64,000 nt of DNA from an uncultured Chloroflexia bacterium (GTDB lineage: Bacteria; Chloroflexota; Limnocylindria; Limnocylindrales; CSP1-4): positions 2,106,706-2,170,705 of the forward strand of contig CAVONW010000003.1 in NCBI GenBank assembly GCA_963697415.1, given 5' to 3'. Shown piece by piece: positions 8,063-17,931 of this stretch (positions are counted from its first letter, which is position 1; the number at the start of each line of letters is the position of its first letter). The position numbers and the translations under genes were made by a program. The notes under the pieces were generated by a model that did no database searches, was not told the DNA's origin, and saw nothing but the letters and a program-made list of their open reading frames with translations.

Positions 8063-10984
8063 ATGGAACGCCTGATGCTGCTCGACGGCAACGGGCTCAT
8101 CTACCGCGGCTACTTCGCGCTCCCGCCCCTGTCGACCTCGAAGGGCGAGCTCGTGAATGCGGTATTCGGGTTCTGCAGCATCGTCCTGCGCGGGATCCAG
8201 GACATCAGGCCGGACTACGTGGCCGTTGCCTTCGATCTGCCCGGCCCGACGTTCCGACACGAGCGCTACGCGGACTACAAGGCCACGAGGACGCGCATGC
8301 CGGACGACCTCCGGGACCAGTTCCCGAAGGTGCGCGAGGTCGTGAAGGCCCTCCGCCTCCCGGTCTTTGAACTCGCCGGATTCGAGGCAGACGATGTCAT
8401 CGGAACGCTCACCGTCGAGGCGGAGGCGAAGGGGCTCGACACGACGATCGTGACCGGCGACCTGGACATGCTCCAGATCGTGAGCGATCGAACGCGCCTG
8501 ATGACGACGCGATCGGGGGTTGAGAACACGATCCTGTACGACCCGCCGAGGATCGACGAGCGCTACGGCCTGCGGCCGTCGCAGATGATCGACTACAAGG
8601 CCCTGAAGGGTGACGTGACCGACAACATCCCGGGCGTCCCGGGTGTAGGCGAAAAGACCGCAGCCAAGCTCATTCGCGAGTTCGGGGACCTCGACAGCGT
8701 GTACGCGCGGCTCGACGAGGTGAAGCCCGACAAGTTGCGCGAGAAGCTGACGGAGCACCGTGACCAGGTGTTCCTCGGGCGCGAGCTTTCGACGATCGTC
8801 CGGGATCTGCCCGTCCACCTGGATCTCGAAGCAGCCCGCCTGCACGACTACGATCGCGATGAGGTCATCCGGCTGTTTCGCGAGTTCGAGTTCCGGTCCT
8901 TGCTGGACCGGCTCCCTCCGCTCCGTGGTGAATCCGCAACCGACGCGGTCGAGGCGATGCGGGCGGCGACCCCCACGGTTCCGGCGGCTCGCGTGGGCAC
9001 GGACCGACCGAGCGGGTGGGGGAGCGGCCGCCCGATCCGAACAGGCTCCTCGCCAACCGCACCGCCCACCCCGGCGTCAGCGGCGGGCCTCCAGCTTTCG
9101 CTCGACTTCGATGCCGTTGGGGGAGGCGCCGGGTCCGGCGCCGGTCCTCGGGCAGCCCGCGCCCCGGCGCACTTCGAGGACCTGCCGACCGCCCTGGCCG
9201 CCACGATCGAGGATCCAGGACGGATCGAGATCCTCGGGGGCGATGACCTGGATGACCTGAGCGATTGGATTGCGGCCCAGCAGGAGCTTGGTGCCGCCCT
9301 CGTACTGGACGATCCGCGGCCTCGGATGGGCTCAGCCCTCGCATTGGCGATCGCGGGCACGGACGGCCGGGTCGTCGCGGCGGAAGGCGCCGACGCCGTC
9401 CGGCTCCGGCACATCGTTGAGGCCATTGGCGTTCCGATCGTCGCGCACGAGGCGAAGCCGCTCCTCGTCGCCCGGTTCGCCGAGGACTCGGAGGGTCCGG
9501 CGACGAGCGTTGCGTTCGACACCCAGATCGCGGCCTATCTGCTCAATGCCGCCCTGCGCTCGCAGTCGATTGCCGATGTCGTCGCCGAGCGCCTCGATCT
9601 CGTGCTCCCGCCCGCGAAGGAGCTCAGTGCGGTGGACCGCGCCGGGCTGGAGGCCCTGGGCGCCATCGCGTCGCGCGAACCACTCACCGTCGCGCTTGAG
9701 GCGGAGGGTCTCGATCGGCTCTTCGCGGAACTCGAGATGCCGTTGATCCCGGTCCTGGCGCGGATGGAGGCCGTGGGTGTCGCCGTCGATCTCGACGCGC
9801 TGGCCGTTCTCGATCTCGAGTTCAGGGCGGAGATCGCGAGGCTGGAGCAGGCGATCTACGACGCCGTCGGCCACGAGTTCACGATCGGCTCGCCCAAACA
9901 ACTCGGCGAGGTGCTGTTCGGTGAGCTCCAGCTCCCGAAGGGCCGCAAGACGAAGACCGGCTACTCGACAGACGCCACCGTCCTGGAGGAGCTGGTGGAC
10001 GTCCATCCGGTCGTTCAGCCCGTCCTCGACTGGCGGATCTACACGAAGCTCCGCTCGACGTATGTCGAGGCCCTGCCGGCCCTCATCGCGGACGACGGTC
10101 GCCTCCACACGACCTTCCACCAGGCCGTCGCGGCCACCGGACGGCTGTCCTCGTCCGACCCCAACCTGCAGAACATCCCGATCAGGACGCCGCTCGGGCG
10201 ACGCATCCGGCGCGCCTTCGTGGCCGGCTCGCCGGATCACGTGCTGGTCGCCGGCGACTACTCGCAGATCGAGTTGCGGATCATCGCCCACGTCTCGGGC
10301 GATGAACACCTTCGCGAGGCCTTTGCGCGCGGGGCAGACATCCACCGTGAAACCGCGGGCCGAGTCCTCCACAAGGCACCCGAGGAGGTGACCTCGGACG
10401 AGCGATCGATGGCCAAGATGGTCAACTTCGGGCTGGCCTACGGCATGAGTGACTTCGGGCTCTCGAGCCGGGCCGGGATCAGCCGCCAGGAGGCGCAGGA
10501 GTTCATCAACTCGTACTTCGCGGCCTACTCGGGGATCAGCTACTACATGCTCCACATCAAGGAGACGGCGCGCCGGGACGGGTTCGTCTCGACGCTTCTC
10601 GGGCGCAAGCGCCAGATCCCGGAGCTCAGGGCCGCCAACCCGTCCCTGCGCGGAGCGGGTGAGCGGATGGCGATCAACATGCCGATCCAGGGCACGGCCG
10701 CGGACATCGTGAAGATCGCGATGATCCGGCTCAACGAGCGCCTCGCTGACGACGGATTCCGGGCACGGCCGCTCCTCCAGGTCCACGACGAGCTCCTCCT
10801 CGAGGTTCCGAGAGACGAGGTCGATCGCCTCGTACCAGTCCTGCGCGAGGTGATGGAAGGGGCGCTCACGCTCGACGTCGCGCTGACCGTCGATATCAAG
10901 GCTGGGGACGACTGGGAATCCATGAACCCCGTCTCACGCCGGGATGCCGCGCTCGCTGAGGCCGGCGAGTTGCCGGTAGCCTGA
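8063..10984 (+). CDS. polA: DNA polymerase I (5'-3' exonuclease + degenerate 3'-5' exo-like region + polymerase domain)
   Basis: N-terminal 5'-3' exonuclease/FEN (LLDGNGLIYRGYFA.., HhH KALKGDVTDNIPGVPGVGEKTA). Polymerase motifs A/B/C are present (RRAFVAG..DYSQIELRI; KMVNFGLAYGMS; LLQVHDELLLE). Confidence 0.93.
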   Translation: MERLMLLDGNGLIYRGYFALPPLSTSKGELVNAVFGFCSIVLRGIQDIRPDYVAVAFDLPGPTFRHERYADYKATRTRMPDDLRDQFPKVREVVKALRLPVFELAGFEADDVIGTLTVEAEAKGLDTTIVTGDLDMLQIVSDRTRLMTTRSGVENTILYDPPRIDERYGLRPSQMIDYKALKGDVTDNIPGVPGVGEKTAAKLIREFGDLDSVYARLDEVKPDKLREKLTEHRDQVFLGRELSTIVRDLPVHLDLEAARLHDYDRDEVIRLFREFEFRSLLDRLPPLRGESATDAVEAMRAATPTVPAARVGTDRPSGWGSGRPIRTGSSPTAPPTPASAAGLQLSLDFDAVGGGAGSGAGPRAARAPAHFEDLPTALAATIEDPGRIEILGGDDLDDLSDWIAAQQELGAALVLDDPRPRMGSALALAIAGTDGRVVAAEGADAVRLRHIVEAIGVPIVAHEAKPLLVARFAEDSEGPATSVAFDTQIAAYLLNAALRSQSIADVVAERLDLVLPPAKELSAVDRAGLEALGAIASREPLTVALEAEGLDRLFAELEMPLIPVLARMEAVGVAVDLDALAVLDLEFRAEIARLEQAIYDAVGHEFTIGSPKQLGEVLFGELQLPKGRKTKTGYSTDATVLEELVDVHPVVQPVLDWRIYTKLRSTYVEALPALIADDGRLHTTFHQAVAATGRLSSSDPNLQNIPIRTPLGRRIRRAFVAGSPDHVLVAGDYSQIELRIIAHVSGDEHLREAFARGADIHRETAGRVLHKAPEEVTSDERSMAKMVNFGLAYGMSDFGLSSRAGISRQEAQEFINSYFAAYSGISYYMLHIKETARRDGFVSTLLGRKRQIPELRAANPSLRGAGERMAINMPIQGTAADIVKIAMIRLNERLADDGFRARPLLQVHDELLLEVPRDEVDRLVPVLREVMEGALTLDVALTVDIKAGDDWESMNPVSRRDAALAEAGELPVA

Positions 10985-10985
10985 G

Positions 10986-11984
10986 GTGCCCGAGCTCCCC
11001 GAGGTCGAGACGATCGCGCGGGATCTTCGGGGCCTCGTGGTTGGCGCCGAGATCACGCGCGCAACGTGTCACTGGGCCCGGACGCTCCGGACGCATGCGC
11101 CCGAGACCATCGGTCCGGCGCTGGCTAGCCGGCGGATCCTGGCCGTGGGTCGGCGCGGCAAGCAACTCGTCCTTGAGCTGTCCGGGGGCGTCGTCCTGAC
11201 TGTCCATCTCAAGATGACCGGGCAGTTGTTTGTCGTGCCCGCGGAGGCCCCGAGTGATCCGTATGTTCGCCTCGAGGTCACCTTCGCGGATGGGCGCGCG
11301 CTGCGCTTTCGCGACATCCGGAAGTTCGGGAAGATCGGGCTCTACCAGCTGGATCCCGCGACCGGCGAGGCCGTCCACGAGGCAGGCGGGGCCGCCGTCT
11401 TCGCGGGCACGGGGCCCGAGCCACTCGACGACGCGTTCACGCTGCGGGCCTTCCGTCACCGGCTTCGTGCACGTCACGGTCGGCTGAAGCCGCTCCTGCT
11501 GGACCAGTCGTTCGTGGCCGGGATCGGGAACATCTACGCGGACGAGGCACTCTGGGCGTCGCGCCTCCACCCGCTCCGCTCGGCTTCGACGCTCCGGCCC
11601 GCCGACGAGCGGCACCTGTACGAGGCGATCCGGAGGATCCTGGCCGAGGCAATCGTCCGTCGCGGAAGCTCGATCGATGACTACACGGCGCCCGAAGGCG
11701 ATGGCTCGATGCAGGAGCACCTGCTTGTCTACCAGCGAGCCGGCCAAGCCTGTCTGCGCTGCGGTCGGCCGATCCGGCGGATCGTGGTCGGCGCACGAGC
11801 GACCCACTTCTGCTCGTGGTGTCAACGACTTCCGGCAGCGGACCGGAAGGCCGCGGCCGCGATCCTCCGCGGCATGACGTCGGGCGATGCCGGATCGGTA
11901 CGCGCTCGTGACCGAGCGGATCGCACTCGGAAAGCCGCGGCCGGCCGACGGGCAGCCGCCCGGGCCTCCGCGGGCAGGCCCTGA
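10986..11984 (+). CDS. mutM: formamidopyrimidine-DNA glycosylase (Fpg/MutM) with basic C-terminal tail
   Basis: GTG start gives PELPEVE, the catalytic N-terminal Pro after Met removal. H2TH region is present, and the zinc finger CLRCGRPIRRIVVGARATHFCSWCQ is followed by an Ala/Arg-rich tail of about 50 aa. Confidence 0.9.
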   Translation: MPELPEVETIARDLRGLVVGAEITRATCHWARTLRTHAPETIGPALASRRILAVGRRGKQLVLELSGGVVLTVHLKMTGQLFVVPAEAPSDPYVRLEVTFADGRALRFRDIRKFGKIGLYQLDPATGEAVHEAGGAAVFAGTGPEPLDDAFTLRAFRHRLRARHGRLKPLLLDQSFVAGIGNIYADEALWASRLHPLRSASTLRPADERHLYEAIRRILAEAIVRRGSSIDDYTAPEGDGSMQEHLLVYQRAGQACLRCGRPIRRIVVGARATHFCSWCQRLPAADRKAAAAILRGMTSGDAGSVRARDRADRTRKAAAGRRAAARASAGRP

Positions 11985-14035
11985 TGTCCATCCTTCGGCT
12001 GGCCGGTGTCGCCCGTGAGGTCGGTGCGTTCGTCATCCTCGACGGGATCGAGGTCGCGATGGCGCTCGGTGATCGGATCGGTCTGGTTGGCCCGAACGGG
12101 GCCGGAAAGACGACGCTGCTCCGGATCGCGGCCGGTATCGACGAGCCGGACCGTGGCGTGGTCCACCGGAAGCGGGGCCTGACGCTCGGGCTGCTCGCCC
12201 AGGAGGCGCACCTGGACGAGACGTTCATGGCGGCGCCCAGCGTCCGGACTGCCGTGCGGCACGGGGCGGCTCACCTTGAGCGGATGGGGGACGAGCTGGC
12301 CGCCCTCGAGCGAGATGGGCGCGTGGCCGAGCCGGCCTACGCCGACCTGCAGCATCGGTTCGACGTGCTCGGTGGCTACACGCTCGACCAACGCGTGGAC
12401 GCCGCGCTGTCGGGCCTCGGGTTCACCGCCGAGGAAGTTGCCCGGGCACCAACGGGACTGTCCGGCGGCGAGCAGACCCGCGCTGCGCTGGCTCGCCTGG
12501 TCATCGCCGACCCGGACCTGCTCCTTCTCGATGAGCCCACGAACCACCTGGATCTCGGAGCCCTTGAGTGGCTGGAGGAGCACCTCCGGCGCCGGGCTGG
12601 ATCGCTCCTGGTCGCGTCGCACGACCGAGCGTTTCTCGACGCGACGGTGACCCGGATCTGGGAGATGCGGGACCGTCGGATCACCGTCTTCCGCGGCAAC
12701 TACTACGCGTACCACCGCCAGCGCGAGGAGCGGGATGCGCGCGCCGCGAAGGATGCCGAATCGCAGGGGGCCGCGATCGCGCGCGAAAAGGAGCTCGTGC
12801 AGCGCTATCGAAGCCACCGGAAGTACGCCAAGATGCACGAGCATGAGGCCCGGCTGGAGCGCCTCCAGGGCGCCGAGCTGGACGCTCCGAAGCCTTCCCG
12901 TCGACTACGTCTGCCGCAGGCCGCGCTCCTCGGCGGCGGGCCGACCCGGTCTGGTGAGATCGTGGCTCGGGCGGATGACCTTGTCATCGGTTACCTCCCA
13001 CCCCTTGGTTCGGGTGGTGTCCCCACGAGGGTCGCGACGGCCCCGTTCCTGGCCGCGCGGCGGGGCGATCGGATCGGGATCGTGGGGCCAAACGGGGCGG
13101 GCAAGACGACACTGCTTCGGACGATCGCCGGTGAGCTACCGGCACTCGATGGATCGCTGACGTTCGGCAGCGGCGTCCAGCTCGGGTATCTCGCTCAGCT
13201 GCGGGCCGCGGCGATCCCCGGCACCACGGTCCTCGATGCGATCCTGGAAGCGGCGCCCGTCACGCCCGGCGAAGGTCGCGGGTACCTGGCCCGGTTCCTG
13301 TTTCGGGGCGATGACGCCTTCAAGGAGGTCCGCCTCCTGTCGGGCGGCGAGCGCAGCCGGCTCGAGCTCGCGCTCCTGGGTGTCACGCCGGCGAACCTGC
13401 TCCTCCTCGACGAGCCCACGAATCACCTCGACATCGTGGCCCGTGAGGCCATCGAGGCCTTCCTCCGGGATGTGCCCGCGACGCTCCTCGTGGTGTCGCA
13501 TGATCGGCGCTTCCTCGAGACGATCTGCGAGCGTCTCTGGGTGGTGGACGGCGGGCTTGTCGCCACGTTCGAGGGCGGCTACCGGGTCTGGCGCGACGCC
13601 GTTGCCGACGGCTGGACGGTAGCCGCCACGATCGAGCTGGAGCGCCGGCGGCTTCATCCCGCGGCGCGCAGGACGAACGGCCAGCGGGCCCAGGAGCCAG
13701 CCGAGCTCGCGAAGGCCGGCGCCGGGCAAGGTGGACCCGATCTCGCAACGGGCATGGCGGCCGGAAATGCTCGCGCGGCGCGCGCCGCGGCCTCCGTGTC
13801 AACCCGGGGAGCCAGGTTGTCCAAGGATGCGTACCGGCGCCAGCGCGAGACGCTCGATGCCGAACTGACGCGTCTCAACCTGCGCAAGAACCATCTGGAG
13901 CTGGCTACCGGGGACCCTGCCGTGCAATCCAACTTCGTCGAGATGCGTCGGATTACGAGCGAGCTGGCCGATGTAGCATTGGCCCTGGCAGTCGCAGAGG
14001 ACGCGTGGCTGGCCCTCGAGGAGCGTGCCCCGTGA
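11984..14035 (+). CDS. ABC-F family ATPase (two nucleotide-binding domains, Uup/EttA-like, C-terminal coiled coil)
   Basis: Two Walker A motifs (GLVGPNGAGKTTLL and GIVGPNGAGKTTLL), two LSGGE signature motifs, and no TM domain. ATG overlaps the mutM stop (TGATG). Confidence 0.85.
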   Translation: MSILRLAGVAREVGAFVILDGIEVAMALGDRIGLVGPNGAGKTTLLRIAAGIDEPDRGVVHRKRGLTLGLLAQEAHLDETFMAAPSVRTAVRHGAAHLERMGDELAALERDGRVAEPAYADLQHRFDVLGGYTLDQRVDAALSGLGFTAEEVARAPTGLSGGEQTRAALARLVIADPDLLLLDEPTNHLDLGALEWLEEHLRRRAGSLLVASHDRAFLDATVTRIWEMRDRRITVFRGNYYAYHRQREERDARAAKDAESQGAAIAREKELVQRYRSHRKYAKMHEHEARLERLQGAELDAPKPSRRLRLPQAALLGGGPTRSGEIVARADDLVIGYLPPLGSGGVPTRVATAPFLAARRGDRIGIVGPNGAGKTTLLRTIAGELPALDGSLTFGSGVQLGYLAQLRAAAIPGTTVLDAILEAAPVTPGEGRGYLARFLFRGDDAFKEVRLLSGGERSRLELALLGVTPANLLLLDEPTNHLDIVAREAIEAFLRDVPATLLVVSHDRRFLETICERLWVVDGGLVATFEGGYRVWRDAVADGWTVAATIELERRRLHPAARRTNGQRAQEPAELAKAGAGQGGPDLATGMAAGNARAARAAASVSTRGARLSKDAYRRQRETLDAELTRLNLRKNHLELATGDPAVQSNFVEMRRITSELADVALALAVAEDAWLALEERAP

Positions 14036-14655
14036 CGGTTCGAATCGGGATCACCGGCCCCACCGGCTGCGGCAAGTCCACCGCGGCGGGTTGGCTGCGC
14101 GACCTGGGCGCCGTGATCGTGGACGCCGACCAGGTGGCGAGGGCCGTGGTTGAGCCCGGCGAGCCGGCGCTCGAGGCAGTCTTCGCCGCGTTCGGGGACG
14201 AGGTCCGTGCCGCCGACGGGCATCTTGATCGGGCGGCCCTCGGGCGCATCGTGTTCGCCGATCCGGCCGGGCTCAGCCGCCTGGAGGCAATCGTGCATCC
14301 GGCCGTGCGCCCGCGTATCCGCTCGGCTGTGGCCGCGGCAGAGGCGGCATCCGCGCCGGCCGTGGTCGTCGAGGCGATCAAGCTCTTCGAGAGCGGCCTC
14401 GTCGACGAATGCGACGAGAGCTGGCTGTTCGAGTGTGCGTCGGCTGAGCAGTGGGCGCGACTGGTGGCCCGCGGAGTCCCCCAGGCGGCCGCAGCGGCTC
14501 GAATCGCGGCGCAGGGCGCGATGGTGGATCGGCTCCGACCGCGCGCATCGCGCGTCATCGACACGTCCGGTTCAATCGAGGGCGCGCGCGCCCGGGTGAC
14601 TGCCGCATACGAGACCGCGCTGGCCGCCCCCCGCACTGCCGGTCCGCGGGCCTGA
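14032..14655 (+). CDS. coaE: dephospho-CoA kinase
   Basis: VTVRIGITGPTGCGKST P-loop and ..VIVDADQVAR... are present. GTG overlaps the ABC-F stop (GTGA). The gene lies in the conserved coaE-uvrB position. Confidence 0.8.
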   Translation: MTVRIGITGPTGCGKSTAAGWLRDLGAVIVDADQVARAVVEPGEPALEAVFAAFGDEVRAADGHLDRAALGRIVFADPAGLSRLEAIVHPAVRPRIRSAVAAAEAASAPAVVVEAIKLFESGLVDECDESWLFECASAEQWARLVARGVPQAAAAARIAAQGAMVDRLRPRASRVIDTSGSIEGARARVTAAYETALAAPRTAGPRA

Positions 14656-14668
14656 GGCGTCAGACACC

Positions 14669-14684
14669 TCGAACAGGTGTTCGA
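14669..14684. promoter_or_regulatory. LexA/SOS (Cheo) box TCGAACAGGTGTTCGA, about 30 nt upstream of uvrB
   Basis: Perfect match to the actinobacterial/Gram-positive LexA operator TCGAAC-N4-GTTCGA. A TAGACT -10-like hexamer sits at 14697-14702. Confidence 0.6.
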
Positions 14685-14713
14685 AAGCGAGTTTCGGCTG
14701 ATAGACTTGGCCA

Positions 14714-17029
14714 GTGCCAGATTTCAAGCTCGTCGCCCCGTTCGAGCCGACCGGTGACCAACCCCAGGCCATCGCGCGCCTGACTGCGGGTCTCGAGAAG
14801 GGGCTCCGTCACCAGACGCTGCTGGGAGCGACGGGCACGGGCAAGACGGCCACGATTGCCTGGACCATCCAGGCCGCAAACCGCCCGACCCTCGTGCTCG
14901 CCCACAACAAGACCCTGGCCGCCCAGCTCTATGCCGAGCTCCGCGAGTTCTTCCCCGAGAACGCGGTCGAGTACTTCGTGAGCTACTTCGACTACTACCA
15001 ACCCGAGGCGTACCTGCCCCGGTCGGACACCTACATCGAGAAGGACTCGAGCCGGAACGACGAGATCGACCGGCTTCGCCATGCAGCGACGCACGCCCTG
15101 TTCGAGCGGCGAGACGTGATCGTCGTGGCGTCGGTCAGCTGCATCTACGGCATCGGGGCGCCGGTCGACTACGGCGCTACGGTCCTTCGCCTCCGCGTCG
15201 GCGGGCAGTACCGGCGGGACGCCGTGCTCCGGCACCTGGTGGACCTCCAGTACCAGCGCAACGACCAGGCCCTGACGCGGGCGCGCTTCCGGGTCCGGGG
15301 GGACACGCTCGAGTTCCAGCCGGCATCCGAGGACCGGCTCGTCCGGGTCGAGTTCTTCGGCGATGAGATCGAGCGGATCACCGAGCTGGATCCCCTGACC
15401 GGCGAGCTCCTCATGGAGCGCCGTGACATCAACGTCTACCCAGCAACGCACTACGTGACGCCGACGGACAAGCTCCAGGCCGCGGTCGTGGACATCGAGG
15501 CCGAGATGGAGGAGCGGGTCGGCCAGCTGGAGGCCGAGGGTCGCGCACTCGAAGGTGCACGTCTCCGCCAGAGGACCACGTTCGACATGGAGATGCTCCG
15601 CGAGCTCGGCTACTGCTCCGGTGTCGAGAACTACTCGCGCCACCTGTCCCGCCGGGACGCGGGCAGCCGCCCGTGGACGCTCCTCGACTACTTTCCGCCC
15701 GACTGGCTGCTCGTCGCCGACGAGTCGCACATGACGATTCCGCAGGTCGTGGGCATGTACAAGAACGATCGAACGCGGAAGGAGATCCTCGTCGACTTCG
15801 GGTTCCGGCTGCCGTCCGCCCTGGACAACCGGCCACTCACCTTCGAGGAGTTCGAGGCAACCGTCCACCAGGCGATCTACATGTCCGCGACGCCCGGTCC
15901 CTACGAGCTGGAGCGGAGCGAGCAGATCGCCGAGCAGCTCATCCGCCCGACCGGCATCGTCGATCCGATCATCCACGTCCGTCCGACCGAGGGTCAGATC
16001 GACGACCTCCTCGAGGAGATTCGACGGCGCGTGGAGCGCGGCGAGCGGGCGATCGTCACGACGCTCACCAAGCGCATGGCCGAAGACCTCACCGACTACC
16101 TGCGCGAGCTCGGTGTCAAGGTCCAGTACCTCCACGCCGAGGTGGACACGCTGGAACGCGTCGCGATCCTGCGCGATCTCCGGCTCGGGATCTATGACGT
16201 CATCGTCGGGATCAACCTCCTCCGCGAAGGGATCGACCTGCCCGAAGTCACCCTGGTCGCCATCCTCGATGCCGACAAGGAGGGCTTCCTGCGCAGCGCC
16301 TGGTCGCTCATCCAGATGACGGGCCGGGCGGCCCGGAACATCGGCGGCGAGGTCGTCATGTACGCCGATCGGATCACCGATTCGATGCGCGCGGCGATCG
16401 ACGAGACGAATCGCCGGCGGGCGCTCCAGGAGCGCTACAACCAGGAGCACGGGATCGAGCCGCGGACGATCATCAAGGGCATCCGCGATCTCAACGACCA
16501 GCTTCGCGCGGTCGCGGAGTCCACGGTCGTGTACGCATCCGAGCGCGAAGCGCGGGACGCGCGGCTGGTTGAACTGGACGCGAAGAAGGTCGAAGAGCTC
16601 GTTGCCCGCATGGAGGCCGAGATGCGCTCTGCCGCGAAGCAGCTTGAGTTCGAGCGTGCGGCCGCACTCCGGGACGAGATCCAACAGGTCCGATTCCGCG
16701 TCCTCCAGGAAGACCAGTCGGTGATCGTCGGCCGGGCGGCGGAGATTGCGGCGAAGGCACGGCCGGCGGCGCGCCAGGACCGATGGACGTCCCCGGAACC
16801 CGAGGCCCCCGCCCTCGAGGTCACATCGGTGACGGTGCTGCCGGCGAGCGAGGAGCCGAGCGACGCCGAGGGTTCTGGTACGGCCTCGGACTGGCTGCCC
16901 GGCATCCGCGACGAGCACGAGGACGAGGCCGGCTGGCAGGCCCGCTGGCTGGACCGGCCCACGTGGGACCGGACCGTCACCCCGAACATCCGGAAGCGGA
17001 CCGGATCGCGGCCGGCTCGGCGACGCTGA
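14714..17029 (+). CDS. uvrB: excinuclease ABC subunit B (UvrB) with about 100-aa C-terminal extension
   Basis: GTG start gives [19 protein letters not shown].., with helicase motifs, beta-hairpin and UVR domain (..[17 protein letters not shown]). An acidic, Trp-containing extension follows the UVR domain. Confidence 0.95.
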   Translation: MPDFKLVAPFEPTGDQPQAIARLTAGLEKGLRHQTLLGATGTGKTATIAWTIQAANRPTLVLAHNKTLAAQLYAELREFFPENAVEYFVSYFDYYQPEAYLPRSDTYIEKDSSRNDEIDRLRHAATHALFERRDVIVVASVSCIYGIGAPVDYGATVLRLRVGGQYRRDAVLRHLVDLQYQRNDQALTRARFRVRGDTLEFQPASEDRLVRVEFFGDEIERITELDPLTGELLMERRDINVYPATHYVTPTDKLQAAVVDIEAEMEERVGQLEAEGRALEGARLRQRTTFDMEMLRELGYCSGVENYSRHLSRRDAGSRPWTLLDYFPPDWLLVADESHMTIPQVVGMYKNDRTRKEILVDFGFRLPSALDNRPLTFEEFEATVHQAIYMSATPGPYELERSEQIAEQLIRPTGIVDPIIHVRPTEGQIDDLLEEIRRRVERGERAIVTTLTKRMAEDLTDYLRELGVKVQYLHAEVDTLERVAILRDLRLGIYDVIVGINLLREGIDLPEVTLVAILDADKEGFLRSAWSLIQMTGRAARNIGGEVVMYADRITDSMRAAIDETNRRRALQERYNQEHGIEPRTIIKGIRDLNDQLRAVAESTVVYASEREARDARLVELDAKKVEELVARMEAEMRSAAKQLEFERAAALRDEIQQVRFRVLQEDQSVIVGRAAEIAAKARPAARQDRWTSPEPEAPALEVTSVTVLPASEEPSDAEGSGTASDWLPGIRDEHEDEAGWQARWLDRPTWDRTVTPNIRKRTGSRPARRR

Positions 17030-17030
17030 C

Positions 17031-17867
17031 ATGCGCTTCGCGATCGACATCGCGCCGCTCGGCGACCTGGCGGATCCAGTGGCGATCGTGCGTCTGGCCC
17101 GGGCCGCCGAGGCGTCCGGATGGGATGGCCTGAGCATCTGGGATTCGCTCGGCGTGTCGATAGGGACGGTCGCCGCGGACCCCTTCGTTGCCCTGACAGC
17201 GGTCGCCGCCGCGACCCAACGGCTCCGCCTCATCATCTCTGTCGCGGTGCTTCCGAGGCGCCGAGCGCAACTCGTCGTTCAATCGGCCGGCACTCTTGAT
17301 CGGATCAGCGGCGGGCGGTTGATCCTGGGTGTGGGGGCAGGGGGCGATCCAGGCGACTTCGAGGCGTTCGGTGAGGGAGCCCCACTGGCCGATCGTGTGG
17401 CCCGGATGGATGCCGCGCTCGCGGTCATCGACCCGTGGCTGCGAGGCGAGGCAGCGCACCTGGAAGGTCCGGGCGCCGTGGACGTGATCGTCGGACCGCG
17501 ACCGATCCAAGCCCCGCGGCCACCAATCTGGCTCGGCGGGATGCGCCCGGGTGCGCTTCGTCGCGCGGCTCGGTGGGATGGCTGGATCGCGATTGCCGTC
17601 TCGGATGATGGGTCGTCGATGGTGCTGGCTCCCGACACGCTCGCGACGATGATCGGCAACGTGCATGCCGAGCGCGCCGCCATGGGGCGTTCAGCGGACC
17701 CGTTCGACATCGCGGTGTTCGCCTTCAGTGAACCGGACAAGCCGGAGATCGCGCAGGCCTATGCAGATGTCGGCGCCACCTGGTGGCTCGAAAGCCTGTC
17801 CCCGATGAGAGGCTCAATGGAGGCGCTGCTCGCGGTCGTCGAGGCGGGCCCGCCCCGGCTGACCTGA
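17031..17867 (+). CDS. luciferase-like monooxygenase (LLM) class flavin/F420-dependent oxidoreductase
   Basis: MRFAIDIAP...[17 protein letters not shown]... TIM-barrel LLM signature. Start is 1 nt after the uvrB stop. Confidence 0.7.
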   Translation: MRFAIDIAPLGDLADPVAIVRLARAAEASGWDGLSIWDSLGVSIGTVAADPFVALTAVAAATQRLRLIISVAVLPRRRAQLVVQSAGTLDRISGGRLILGVGAGGDPGDFEAFGEGAPLADRVARMDAALAVIDPWLRGEAAHLEGPGAVDVIVGPRPIQAPRPPIWLGGMRPGALRRAARWDGWIAIAVSDDGSSMVLAPDTLATMIGNVHAERAAMGRSADPFDIAVFAFSEPDKPEIAQAYADVGATWWLESLSPMRGSMEALLAVVEAGPPRLT

Positions 17868-17887
17868 CAAGGGGACGCTTCCAGCGC

Positions 17888-17903
17888 ACGAACACTTGTT
17901 CGA
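17888..17903. promoter_or_regulatory. LexA/SOS (Cheo) box ACGAACACTTGTTCGA, about 30 nt upstream of uvrA
   Basis: 15/16 match to TCGAAC-N4-GTTCGA; the GAAC-N4-GTTC core is perfect. Confidence 0.55.
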
Positions 17904-17931
17904 TTTGGTGCCGTTCCGCTACACTGACGTC

